A stretch of DNA of 64,000 bases, from positions 82,706 through 146,705 of IMG/VR virus record IMGVR_UViG_3300021197_001752; one strand, given 5' to 3'. Positions within the stretch are counted from its first letter, which is position 1. The number at the start of each line of letters is the position of its first letter. Source of the stretch: a virus. The translations under genes and the position numbers were made by a program. Shown here one piece after another: positions 54,229 to 63,643 of the stretch. Below the pieces are notes generated by a model. It was not told where the DNA came from. It did not search any database and saw only the letters and a program-made list of their open reading frames with translations.

Positions 54229-54648
54229 CTAAGATTCTACTGCTGTAATTTCAAAGTTAAGGTTCTTGCCAGCCATCGGATGATTGAAGTCAAGAGTTAC
54301 CTTAGTATCTTCAACGTTGACAATCTGTGCAGTTACAGGTTCTCCATTCTCCCCTTGGCCAGACACATACTCACCAACCTGAAAGTTGAAGTTCTCGTCA
54401 AACGATTCTTTACCAACTTCTTGAATAAGAGTTGGGTTAGTGGGTCCATAAGCTTCTTCTGGTCGAAGACGAATCTTCTTAGTTTGACCGACCTTCATAT
54501 CTGAAACAGCCTTCTCAAAGCCTGGGATTAGTTGCCCAGTGCCAACTTCGACTTGCAGTGCAGCGCCTCTGCTCTTTGAATCATCAAAGACCGCTCCGTC
54601 ATCGAAAGTGCCAACGTAGTGAACGTTGATTGTTTTACTAGTAGTCAT
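54229..54648 (-). CDS. FKBP-type peptidyl-prolyl isomerase (SlyD/FkpB-like)
   Basis: VHYVG...FD.S, LIPGFE, PEEAYG, DFNHPMAGK. Confidence 0.95.
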   Translation of the reverse strand: MTTSKTINVHYVGTFDDGAVFDDSKSRGAALQVEVGTGQLIPGFEKAVSDMKVGQTKKIRLRPEEAYGPTNPTLIQEVGKESFDENFNFQVGEYVSGQGENGEPVTAQIVNVEDTKVTLDFNHPMAGKNLNFEITAVES

Positions 54649-54676
54649 TATACTATTCTCCTTTATAAAGTATTAT

Positions 54677-54736
54677 CCCCGAAGGGTGAGGCACCTGTAA
54701 TCCCGTGCCTCCCTGCGGATTAGCGAAGGTCAACTA
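54677..54736 (-). promoter_or_regulatory. Structured RNA element after ssb stop: predicted H-type pseudoknot + cUUCGg hairpin
   Basis: UAAUCC/GGAUUA and GAGGCAC/GUGCCUC stems interleaved; CCC-UUCG-GGG. Confidence 0.55.
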
Positions 54737-55483
54737 CGCCAGAAGCTCGTCAAAAGCCTTATCGATGTCGTTGGTTTCCGTCTCAGCCTTACCGCCATAC
54801 TTGGTAGTGCCCTCTGAAACGTCCGTGCTGCCACCCTCAAGCGTCTGATCGAGAAGCTTTTGTGCATCCTCAGTCGAAGTCTCTGGGAAGACTTCAGCGA
54901 AGACAGGCATGGTTTCCAAGATCGTATCGATCTCCTTGTCAGTCTTCATAAGCTTAGACGTCTTGCGCATTGGGCGGATCTCCGTGGTAGGATACATTTG
55001 TCCTGCCTTCTTGCCATACTCTAAACGAAGATCAGTACCCGAATGTGGATCAGTGATATCACCATAGTCTGGATCAAGCACGACGTTCAACAAAGACTCA
55101 TAAGTGGTCTTTGAGAAGCCCCAAATACGAACACCCTTTTCTTCTTCGCCACGAACGACGACGGGTGCAAATACTCGCATACGAGGGAAGAAGTTCCGAG
55201 CCTCTTGCTTGGAAGCTTCCGTGCCTTCGTTCCACAACTGATTGCCGAACTCAGCGATCGGATCGACCCGACCAAAGGTGCGTGGGCTAATCATGCTGGT
55301 GTTGTTATCAGCGCCCATGCGGTAATGGAAGAGGTAGTCACGGAATGGATCGCCATCCTTCGGACAAACGATACGAATAGTCTGTGTCCCCTCTTCTGGT
55401 TTCCAAAAGGTGTCGTTTGAACCGCCACCCTTATTAGTCAAGGCAGAGTGCTTCTGCCGCATCTTACTTAAGTCAATACCCAT
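54734..55483 (-). CDS. Single-stranded DNA-binding protein (gp32-like)
   Basis: FWKP..G...IRI, V.IWGF, YGDITD...G.D, acidic C-tail DKAFDELLA. Confidence 0.85.
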   Translation of the reverse strand: MGIDLSKMRQKHSALTNKGGGSNDTFWKPEEGTQTIRIVCPKDGDPFRDYLFHYRMGADNNTSMISPRTFGRVDPIAEFGNQLWNEGTEASKQEARNFFPRMRVFAPVVVRGEEEKGVRIWGFSKTTYESLLNVVLDPDYGDITDPHSGTDLRLEYGKKAGQMYPTTEIRPMRKTSKLMKTDKEIDTILETMPVFAEVFPETSTEDAQKLLDQTLEGGSTDVSEGTTKYGGKAETETNDIDKAFDELLA

Positions 55484-55520
55484 TGTATTTCTCCTTTACT
55501 GGTTAGTTGACCTTGAGACC

Positions 55521-55549
55521 ATATTAGCACACTTTTTACGGTGTGTAAC
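55521..55549 (-). promoter_or_regulatory. Extended -10 promoter for ssb
   Basis: GTTACA-17bp-TAATAT with TG at -15/-14 and A-rich upstream region. Confidence 0.55.
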
Positions 55550-55587
55550 GCTTTTAAAATCTTTTTTTGTTTTTACTGGCAATGCAG

Positions 55588-55797
55588 TTAGTTGTAGTGA
55601 TCGTTGTCTTCAAGAAGCTGACGCACAGCCTTGAGTCTGTATATAAAATAGAATATGGCAAAGATGTATCCAAAGGTAAATCCCGTGACTTCAGTTACTA
55701 CTATGTCATAAAAAATGCAAGCTGTCAAGAAAATAAGTATAAAATAATACCCACTAAGAAATGCCATAGCTCGCTTTGTTAGTTTACCGTTTTCCAT
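55588..55797 (-). CDS. Small two-TM membrane protein
   Basis: Hydrophobic; upstream TTTACA-17-TATACT. Confidence 0.6.
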   Translation of the reverse strand: MENGKLTKRAMAFLSGYYFILIFLTACIFYDIVVTEVTGFTFGYIFAIFYFIYRLKAVRQLLEDNDHYN

Positions 55798-55862
55798 ATA
55801 GTAAGTATACTTCAGGTTGTTCTCTTTGTAAAGAGAAATATATTCTTATTGTTATAATAGTT

Positions 55863-56282
55863 TTAGTCGAATTTGATTTCGAGTATCTTCTCTAGGATCA
55901 CTGGGATTGCCTTGAGGGCATTACCGTGTGAAACTATAACATGACTTCTATATTTTTCCCAGTCCAGCTTTAGGTGCTTGCCACGCTGGCCGCCGTGCTC
56001 TGCTTCGATAGCGAGGTTGAGCCCGTTGATCGTATAAAGAGTATTAGTCTTCTTCTTGCGATGTACTCTGATGGTGTAATATTCATTCTTGATGACTGCT
56101 TGTCCCTGCAAGGATGAATTATATGTTATGATTTTCTTTTTAGGATCAGACTTTTGCGACAGCACAAAGATAAATTTATTCGTCAAAGAGACCGTATCTA
56201 ATATTTTCTCTATTGCTTTGTCTATCTCTTCTTCTTCGCCACGTACAAACGTAGCTAGCAAAACTCCTCTATCCATTATCAC
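55863..56282 (-). CDS. Conserved phage hypothetical protein
   Basis: VHRKKKTNTLYTIN.LN. Confidence 0.7.
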   Translation of the reverse strand: MIMDRGVLLATFVRGEEEEIDKAIEKILDTVSLTNKFIFVLSQKSDPKKKIITYNSSLQGQAVIKNEYYTIRVHRKKKTNTLYTINGLNLAIEAEHGGQRGKHLKLDWEKYRSHVIVSHGNALKAIPVILEKILEIKFD

Positions 56283-56315
56283 TTTACCTCTTATATGTTG
56301 AGACTTCTCGCTCTT

Positions 56316-57146
56316 TTATAAATAGGGTGTGGATTGTGGAATATCCGTTAAGTACAAAGAATACCTAACACTCGTATCGCCTTTCATAGAGTATGCTTTG
56401 AAGTATGTGTTGGGATTCTGAGCTAATTTAAGAGTCTGGTGGTTCTTTATTTCCATGAGTACGGACGTTGTAAAGTCTTCCTCTGGGATTCCAAAGTAGT
56501 ATATCCTCTCCTTTACATCGGACTCTTCAAGTGGGTAAAGAAGGTGATCCTCTCCCGCATCAGAAAAATAACCCAAGCTCGCAATTCTAGTGGATTGCCT
56601 AGTGACCTCATAATTTGATCGATCAGGAGTTACGTGATCCATGTATATCAACATGCTAATCAGAGAATATATTTTATTGTTTAGTTCTGACTCTATTTCC
56701 TTGAGGGAAACCTTTTCTATATGCTTCTCCATCTCCTCCATAGAAATCATGTAAAACCGTTCAAATTGACCAGAGCGAGTCATCTCCTGTAGGACACCAA
56801 ATGTTATCTTATTGTTTATTTTTTCTGTTGGGCTGCACCAAGTCAAGCTCGGAGAAAGGAAAAGTATTGAACATGAACAACGCTTGATCATCTCCGCAAC
56901 CCTCAAGAAGCTTCCGTTAGATGCAGATGAGCCATTGATGATGATCATTACTTCATCATTCTTCCTATATTTTCTAAAAACTTTTGTCAAATTCTTAGAA
57001 TCAAACTTCTTTTCGTATGTCTCCATATCAGCATGACCACCTAGTGCTTCATCGCTGATTGTGTCAACCAAATAGTTCTTTTCGCTCTTAAAAGCTTCTG
57101 CTGTTTTACAAGCTGCGTCACCCAATCCTAGTATTCTATAAGCCAA
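56316..57146 (-). CDS. Divergent tubulin/FtsZ-like protein
   Basis: N-terminal ILGLG.AAC..A (T1 loop-like); degenerate GSSASNGS at T4-loop position; P...E and LN..I elements. Confidence 0.45.
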   Translation of the reverse strand: MAYRILGLGDAACKTAEAFKSEKNYLVDTISDEALGGHADMETYEKKFDSKNLTKVFRKYRKNDEVMIIINGSSASNGSFLRVAEMIKRCSCSILFLSPSLTWCSPTEKINNKITFGVLQEMTRSGQFERFYMISMEEMEKHIEKVSLKEIESELNNKIYSLISMLIYMDHVTPDRSNYEVTRQSTRIASLGYFSDAGEDHLLYPLEESDVKERIYYFGIPEEDFTTSVLMEIKNHQTLKLAQNPNTYFKAYSMKGDTSVRYSLYLTDIPQSTPYL

Positions 57147-58353
57147 GTTTTGTCTTCCTCATATCACCATAGTTTTTGCCAACACTAACATTGACTCCAT
57201 ACTGACCATATCTAGTTTGCGCCATTGTATTCATCATTTTTTCTATCAGTGGGCGATCAGCTAGCGATAGGTCTATGACAATAGCATCATGTAGGACGAA
57301 CGCCACTTCGCTGCTGCTGCCCTTGACAATATCCCAAACCTTCCTAAACTGCTCGTAACATAAGTCAGCAGTTGTAGATTGTATTAGGTAGTTGGTAAAT
57401 AAACGCTCGCTGACTGGTATCTCTCTGTGGTAGGGAGTCATAATTAAATTAACATCTAAGTGTTTAGATTTCAGTGCTTTGGTATCATAAACCTTTGCTA
57501 GCGAATTTCTCCACTTTTTCAGTTCTTCCGAGTTAGACCCATACAGCCAGGAAAAGAACAATACTTTTGATTCTTCTCGTGAAACTTGGCTATCAAAAAC
57601 GTTTTTTACGTTCCAATCGTGGACATCACCAGTTGGTTGCTCCTGCCCGCTGAGTGCCAACAGTGTCCGCAACTCAGCACCATTGAAGTCTAGCTCAACA
57701 AAAAGATCATTTGAGGGTACGATGATCTCTCGATGTTGTTTCTTCAGGGTGAATATCGGGAATGATCTCTGAGTACACGTTAGCCTACCAGTCCTAGTAG
57801 AGAAAAGATTGTACTTGATTTTAGTGTAACCCCTGTTGAGTCTCTCAAGAACCAATCTAGCACTTGGCTCATTTTTTATAGCCCGCACCTTCATCGGATC
57901 AATACTGATATCATAGGCCTCAACGTCACGAAGCATCTCTAGGGTAGATAACAGATGTCTGTAATTCGGCGGGCGCTTAGTGTTCTCTATGACCCAATTG
58001 CTAATTAGATTTTTCATGTTACAGAGATCTTTTAGGAATTTCTCTGGGATTAGCTCAAACAAGCAGTGCTGAGAGGTACTTATCTTGGCAGTAGCGTTTG
58101 CCTTAAAGAAGGCTTGCATCCTTTCCTTTACGATCTTCCACTCATCCGCCAGATGTTCAGGGCAAATCTCATCAAGGGTCTGACCTAAAACATATATCTC
58201 TGCATAGTCTACCCCTCGATAACCTTCCATGGATGCTGTGTACTTCCATGTTCTCGTTAGGTTTTCAGGAAACTCTTTTGGGTTGTACGTCATACTGCCA
58301 CCGTGAAAGATGCCAGAACACTCTTTTTTATCGTCTATGGTTTGGAATAACAT
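57136..58353 (-). CDS. Short family-A DNA polymerase (polymerase domain)
   Basis: TGRL, motif A DFNGAELR, motif B R...K...F...YG, NYLIQSTTAD, motif C LHDA. Confidence 0.85.
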   Translation of the reverse strand: MLFQTIDDKKECSGIFHGGSMTYNPKEFPENLTRTWKYTASMEGYRGVDYAEIYVLGQTLDEICPEHLADEWKIVKERMQAFFKANATAKISTSQHCLFELIPEKFLKDLCNMKNLISNWVIENTKRPPNYRHLLSTLEMLRDVEAYDISIDPMKVRAIKNEPSARLVLERLNRGYTKIKYNLFSTRTGRLTCTQRSFPIFTLKKQHREIIVPSNDLFVELDFNGAELRTLLALSGQEQPTGDVHDWNVKNVFDSQVSREESKVLFFSWLYGSNSEELKKWRNSLAKVYDTKALKSKHLDVNLIMTPYHREIPVSERLFTNYLIQSTTADLCYEQFRKVWDIVKGSSSEVAFVLHDAIVIDLSLADRPLIEKMMNTMAQTRYGQYGVNVSVGKNYGDMRKTKLGL

Positions 58354-58391
58354 AATCCCTTTCTACCACATAATTTATGTTTTGTTCAATT

Positions 58392-59678
58392 TTAATAGTT
58401 TGGAATCAATGAAGATGGATCAAAATCCTCGTCATCCTGCACATTCGTAGGTAGCGGAGCAAAAGGTCCAATTATTTCATTCTCTATGGTTCTGACCGCC
58501 TCTTTGTACCCTCTTGCAGTGGGCGCACCATGGGGCGTCATTGCGTCCATAATGTTATATAAATGCCGAAGTCTTTTCTTATCTTTATAAAGTTCTATTT
58601 TTATGCCTCGCTCGAACATCCTCATATAATAATGACCTCTTACAGCCCAGCGGTATTTATATTTACCCGTTACAAACGACTCATCCATCGTAGCGTCGCC
58701 TATTTGGTCTCTTTCGTATACCTTGCTAACTGAACCGCACTTATAATTTTCTTTTATGATCTGTTCAAACAAGTACGGATTTCTTTCTACGTAAGCATTG
58801 TACATATCTTTAAGGTACGCCGCTAAAATGTTCATATCAACAGGGCTAGTTATCTTATACATCGAATCTTGAATTATTGCAATGTTTTCTGTTATATTAT
58901 CTGTTAATTCTAGACCGCTTTTTGCTGCATAACGTTGCATAGCAGCAGAGCCCAAATTAGCGACCAAGCGCCAGGGTGCGTTCCTGTCAATTAAAAATCC
59001 AAACTGTTTTACGGTATCAGCAAAGAATAGGAAGTTTGGATCATTGATATACACTGAAGACTTCTCAAAATCATCCGAATAGTCACCTCTGCCTATATCA
59101 ATCACTAATCCTGTCGTGTATGGAGTGCAATAAGTGCTTTCAACGAATCCTGTCCTCGTAAGTGGCAATAATTTACCTAAATGCTTTGAAAAGCCGCCAA
59201 AAACTTCTAAAAATCCAGAAAAACCCTTTATTCTCTTGTTTTGCTTGCTAAAAATAAGAAATTGCTCTACAAAGACACTAAAAATCTTATCTTTCATAAA
59301 TCTATCGTATTCTTGGTTGACGCTACTCCAACCACGGGTCACTTCTAGGTTAGCAAACGGACCTCTAGGTACTATCTTGCCCTCTTTCAGGCAAGCGTCT
59401 AATTTATCAACCAAATCACCAAAAGCATCAGCTATAAAGCCTGGTGCGAACATGGCAGCGTTGTTTTTAGTGGCTTTTAGCGGCGAAAGAGTGCTTTCCC
59501 TAAGGGCTATAACCTCATTGTCGGTGTTCACTCTGCCGTACAACCTGTTGTCATCCCACAGAGATATATGGTTTGGAATAAGATCCTCAGGGAAAACCTG
59601 TTCATAGTAAGCCTTCTTCTCCCTAAAGCTGTCTGTTGAGCCAAGCGAGTTATTTCCAAAAGACACTGGTCTGGTCAT
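58392..59678 (-). CDS. Hypothetical protein in baseplate cluster
   Basis: 428-aa ORF coupled to hub gene. Confidence 0.65.
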   Translation of the reverse strand: MTRPVSFGNNSLGSTDSFREKKAYYEQVFPEDLIPNHISLWDDNRLYGRVNTDNEVIALRESTLSPLKATKNNAAMFAPGFIADAFGDLVDKLDACLKEGKIVPRGPFANLEVTRGWSSVNQEYDRFMKDKIFSVFVEQFLIFSKQNKRIKGFSGFLEVFGGFSKHLGKLLPLTRTGFVESTYCTPYTTGLVIDIGRGDYSDDFEKSSVYINDPNFLFFADTVKQFGFLIDRNAPWRLVANLGSAAMQRYAAKSGLELTDNITENIAIIQDSMYKITSPVDMNILAAYLKDMYNAYVERNPYLFEQIIKENYKCGSVSKVYERDQIGDATMDESFVTGKYKYRWAVRGHYYMRMFERGIKIELYKDKKRLRHLYNIMDAMTPHGAPTARGYKEAVRTIENEIIGPFAPLPTNVQDDEDFDPSSLIPNY

Positions 59679-62338
59679 TTGTTATTGCTCCTCTTGCTGG
59701 TACTCTTTGGGGCAATTTCTTTATATGCCTGCCAGCGACAATCAAGCGTGGTTTTGAAGTCACCACCATTTAAATCATGAGTTACCTTGGTAATAAAATA
59801 ATAACCACCGATTCCAATTTTTATAGAGGCGTTCTCCATAGCATAATCAGCATCTATGTATACCATTTGGCCCTGCCAAAAGTGCGGGGCACCAACTAAA
59901 TCAACTGTAGCGTTTTGTGGCACTGTTGGGAAGTCTGCCGATCCGTCACGAATATTCATTGTCCTGATGTGCTCTGACACATCCATCTCGCTAAACTTGA
60001 TAGATTTTACAGGTCCTCTGCCAGCCGCTAAAACTAAGTGGTATATGCCCCTACCATTATCGACCTTTTCTTCGCCTGGAAGTGAGGGGTTCTGGACTAA
60101 GGAAAGAATCAAATAGTTGTTCAAGTCTTCCATATTGATGCTGCCCTCGGCTTCTCTTTTGACGGAAAATCCTCTTGGGTTTGTGGTATTCGTGTTGAAC
60201 TCTATTGATGATTTCGTATATTCTATTCCAGGCTTCAGTGCTTTACCGTTGACATTGGGTGCTGTAAAGGGGACAATGAATGGCTCAAATTTAGATTTAC
60301 CTTCACCAGTTAGACCTGCGTTCGACATCTCAGCAGCTACAAATTTCATGAAATCATCTATAAAGCCACGAAGGGGTATGTTGGTTACGTTTCTTTTTAC
60401 ATATTTCTCAAAAAAGAAGTATTCAAATGCCGCTAGCTGAATTGGTATATCAGCTATGCTAAAAGGGGTAAGTCCTTTGGCATTTGGCAAGTCAAGGAGG
60501 ATTGTGTCTAAGACTATTCTAAATGTTCCCTCTTTCTTATTTAAGTTATGAGTAAAGAATCCCGAACTATGGAATGCAGTATCTAGTATATCCCCAAGTC
60601 GAACAAATGTAATCGGCACCATGAAGGCGCTGTTTCCATCCTTGTCTTTATTTTTAGCTGCTGCGGCTGAAATTGTAAAGGGCACGCCAGAAGCTAAGCC
60701 GCCTCTTTGGTTTTTTCTCGACTCCTTGCTCGATGCACCAGCAGCGTCAAAAACTGCTGAACTGATTGAGGCTGCCAAAAAGGTTGGTGGGCTAGATAAG
60801 CCCCGTCCTCTTGATGCAGTTGTTTCAACAGAGGAAGATACTGATTCTTTGTCTGTATTTTCATCATTGAGTTCAGCAGAGATTCCAAGCTCAGAAGCTC
60901 TGACCTGGAAGGACATCACTCCCCCAGTTGCCTCAAGACGCTCTAAGAAATTCCTATAGACATTGCCCTTGATAGCATCACCAATTTTCTTATGTATCTT
61001 CTTAAACTTACTCAAAGTTTCACGAAGATGATTAAGTTCCTTACCGCTATCTGCTGATGATTGTAGCTTGACTATTTCAATATCTTTTTTGGTGATGTTA
61101 ATTAGGTGCTGCGTAATATCAGGATCTAAACGTATCCTAGCTTTATTCTTCGATAGTGCAGTTGCATTCTTAAGACCATTCCTCTTTTGCTGTATGAGGC
61201 TATAAAAGTACCCATCCTTTACACCTGCGTTTCTAATCCTCGGCAACTCTGCAAGTATGACCTCATGAATTGGCTTACCGAATATCTCCGTAACAGGCAG
61301 CAAGTTTTTTGACTTTGTGCTCGTCACACCAATTGGGTCGCCTTTACGATTCTTAATGTTATGGTGTGGTGTTGATCTTTGCACTTTCCATGGGTTTGTA
61401 AAAATGTTAGATTCATTTGCAGACATGGTATCATCAGCATAACCAGTCATCTCTATGGATAGCTTTATCTCACCTTGGTCACCAAAATCAATACTGTATT
61501 TATTAACGTTGAGTAGCAGCGTAAGGGCTGACCTTTCTAAGAAATTATATAAGTTTTTAGTTGGCACATTACCAGTGCGATCTTGTGGCAAATCTGCGCC
61601 CTTATTTGTAGCCCAGCCAATCACAGCTTTGAGTGGTGCTGGATCTATGCGCTTGGCGACAGGTCTTATCTTCTCTTCTGGTAATAACTTTATTCGCCCA
61701 GCCTTGTCTGGCTTTAGCCTAGCTGCCATTGCTTTGCGCTCTTGTGCTAAGGCTTGCATTTGTGTCTTGGGGTTATCTTGCCCACCTTTATTGTAAGCCT
61801 CACTCTTCTTCATCAGTTTTATCAAATGTAAGTAAGGACCCTGCGATAAGTCTGCCATGTTCTTAAAATACAATTCCATACTGGCTTGGACTGATTTGAA
61901 CTTGAATTTATTGTCGATCGATACATGGAACCTAGTGATGCCCACATCTCGACCCTTGGCTTGGCTAGCGAATATATCTAAATTGCCGCCCTCAGTTGCC
62001 TGGCTATATGTGGCTGATGTGTGACCGCTAAAGTGAACTGGCACATCTGGTCTAGGCTTTCCGTCAGTACCTTCACCCTGCCTCAAGAATAATCTTATCT
62101 TTGGCATCAGCCCACTCAACTGTGCTGGTAGTGCTCTCATATAAGCATCGATACCTGTAGTTTTATTAAATTGAGAGACAAGCTCACAAGGATCAAATTT
62201 AGTATGGATAAGATGCTTAGTGAACTTTGTGCCATTACTCTTATGAATTGCAGGCTCAAGGATCTTCAGGCTATTTATCAAATAAGCCTGTACGTTACCT
62301 CTTAGTACTGCATTATCTTGTTTATCATTGCTGGCCAT
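59675..62338 (-). CDS. Putative baseplate hub / late control D-like protein
   Basis: C-terminal G.P....GQ.VYID...GYYFITKVTH...FKTTL pattern; context. Confidence 0.6.
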   Translation of the reverse strand: MASNDKQDNAVLRGNVQAYLINSLKILEPAIHKSNGTKFTKHLIHTKFDPCELVSQFNKTTGIDAYMRALPAQLSGLMPKIRLFLRQGEGTDGKPRPDVPVHFSGHTSATYSQATEGGNLDIFASQAKGRDVGITRFHVSIDNKFKFKSVQASMELYFKNMADLSQGPYLHLIKLMKKSEAYNKGGQDNPKTQMQALAQERKAMAARLKPDKAGRIKLLPEEKIRPVAKRIDPAPLKAVIGWATNKGADLPQDRTGNVPTKNLYNFLERSALTLLLNVNKYSIDFGDQGEIKLSIEMTGYADDTMSANESNIFTNPWKVQRSTPHHNIKNRKGDPIGVTSTKSKNLLPVTEIFGKPIHEVILAELPRIRNAGVKDGYFYSLIQQKRNGLKNATALSKNKARIRLDPDITQHLINITKKDIEIVKLQSSADSGKELNHLRETLSKFKKIHKKIGDAIKGNVYRNFLERLEATGGVMSFQVRASELGISAELNDENTDKESVSSSVETTASRGRGLSSPPTFLAASISSAVFDAAGASSKESRKNQRGGLASGVPFTISAAAAKNKDKDGNSAFMVPITFVRLGDILDTAFHSSGFFTHNLNKKEGTFRIVLDTILLDLPNAKGLTPFSIADIPIQLAAFEYFFFEKYVKRNVTNIPLRGFIDDFMKFVAAEMSNAGLTGEGKSKFEPFIVPFTAPNVNGKALKPGIEYTKSSIEFNTNTTNPRGFSVKREAEGSINMEDLNNYLILSLVQNPSLPGEEKVDNGRGIYHLVLAAGRGPVKSIKFSEMDVSEHIRTMNIRDGSADFPTVPQNATVDLVGAPHFWQGQMVYIDADYAMENASIKIGIGGYYFITKVTHDLNGGDFKTTLDCRWQAYKEIAPKSTSKRSNNK

Positions 62339-62339
62339 C

Positions 62340-62684
62340 TTATGCCCTCATAATTCTTAAGACTTGTTCCAATGGTAGGGGTATATATACTGTCTCACCC
62401 AATACAAAATGAGCTTCTGTAGGCTTTTGATTGAATAATGCGATTACCCACCAAAGGGAAGGATCATTGTAATATTTGTTAGCTAGATTGAATAGCCTAG
62501 CTTTCGAGTCCCAAATGACTTCTATTATCTGAAGCTGCGCTATCTCATCGGTATCTGGGTATCTGAACACAGGAGTATCATAATGATTGAGCACTTTAGC
62601 ATCACGTTTGTTGTCTAGAAATTCTCTTTTATAGTTCTCATCATCATTCCTAATGACTTCTCTCTGGAAATATCTATTCTTCAT
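62340..62684 (-). CDS. Baseplate wedge/LysM-like (gp53-type) protein
   Basis: RL.NLA.KYYNDPSLWWVIA.FN...G..VYIP. Confidence 0.75.
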   Translation of the reverse strand: MKNRYFQREVIRNDDENYKREFLDNKRDAKVLNHYDTPVFRYPDTDEIAQLQIIEVIWDSKARLFNLANKYYNDPSLWWVIALFNQKPTEAHFVLGETVYIPLPLEQVLRIMRA

Positions 62685-62700
62685 TGCTGCCTCCTACGTC

Positions 62701-63621
62701 CTACTTTGGTCGATACATGCCCACACGACCTTGTGGGGTTAGTGCAGAGCTTGTAACCTTATTCTTTTTAGCTGCCTTTATCTTGTCAGCTTTCCTGTTT
62801 TTACTATCGGGCGAGACGCCATCGGCGTTGGCATCCGTGCTAGGTGTACCTGACTGGTTATTGGTAGAATTTGAATCCGCCTGGCTTGGCTGTCCTGGGG
62901 GTGTTTGGAAAGCTGCGCCGTGTGGCAGGTTACGATCATATGGGTATTGCCCGTTCTTATCGCCTCGCCATTTCCAGTTTTCTCCATCCTTAAACCACCC
63001 AAGTTCATGTTCATGAAGAACATTGAATGTTATATTCATGGTATAACCTTTTGGATACATTTTGCCCTCTTTGTCTATAACAAAGCCGTGCTCGAAGTTT
63101 GGTGCAGTGTTGACAACGTTTATATACCCTAGAAGACCTTCTGCATTAGATCCCTGTATGAGGTTGCCAAATTTTATCCTCATCAAAGGAGCGGCTGAAA
63201 TTGTGCTTGTTCCAGTTTCACCGCTGCCATCATATGCTGGATACATAAAACTCTCAAGACGACTTATTTTCCCAAGGTTGAAAAGTGCATCGACTTCATC
63301 TTCTGCTACAATATCAAACGAAAAGTTAATTAATCTAGTGGTGCCCGTGTAGACAGCGATCTGGTCCATGCGACCATAAACTTTTGTGCCTTGGAACTCT
63401 GCATTGAAACTATCATCAAAGCTGGTTACCATAGCGGCAAATGTAACAGAGTAGCTAGTTGGTACGTGAGTAAACGTTATTCTTAGACCCTGATTGTATA
63501 GAGATGAAATTGCACCTCCTAGATCATTTGGAACATCCAGAACACCCTGTAAGGATTTTTGTTGCCTATCTGCCTGCGAATCTGGTTTAGGTAGATCAGT
63601 AGGTTTCTTAGTATTACTCAT
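62701..63621 (-). CDS. Tail tube initiator / baseplate protein
   Basis: YGRMD...Y.GTTR.I.FSF, YPAY, APLMRIKFGNL. Confidence 0.65.
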   Translation of the reverse strand: MSNTKKPTDLPKPDSQADRQQKSLQGVLDVPNDLGGAISSLYNQGLRITFTHVPTSYSVTFAAMVTSFDDSFNAEFQGTKVYGRMDQIAVYTGTTRLINFSFDIVAEDEVDALFNLGKISRLESFMYPAYDGSGETGTSTISAAPLMRIKFGNLIQGSNAEGLLGYINVVNTAPNFEHGFVIDKEGKMYPKGYTMNITFNVLHEHELGWFKDGENWKWRGDKNGQYPYDRNLPHGAAFQTPPGQPSQADSNSTNNQSGTPSTDANADGVSPDSKNRKADKIKAAKKNKVTSSALTPQGRVGMYRPK

Positions 63622-63643
63622 AATAGTTTACTGTGTCTCCATA

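Noticed and set aside
26718-54648. Interpretation as a bacterial chromosome because of groEL, dnaE, recA, clpP, guaB
   Set aside because: No ribosomal or housekeeping operon structure; gp32-like SSB, gp41-like helicase, baseplate genes and dense small ORFans indicate a phage
54650-54736. Stop-codon readthrough fusing SSB to FKBP via the pseudoknot
   Set aside because: The FKBP gene is in a different frame and readthrough meets another TAG after 26 codons
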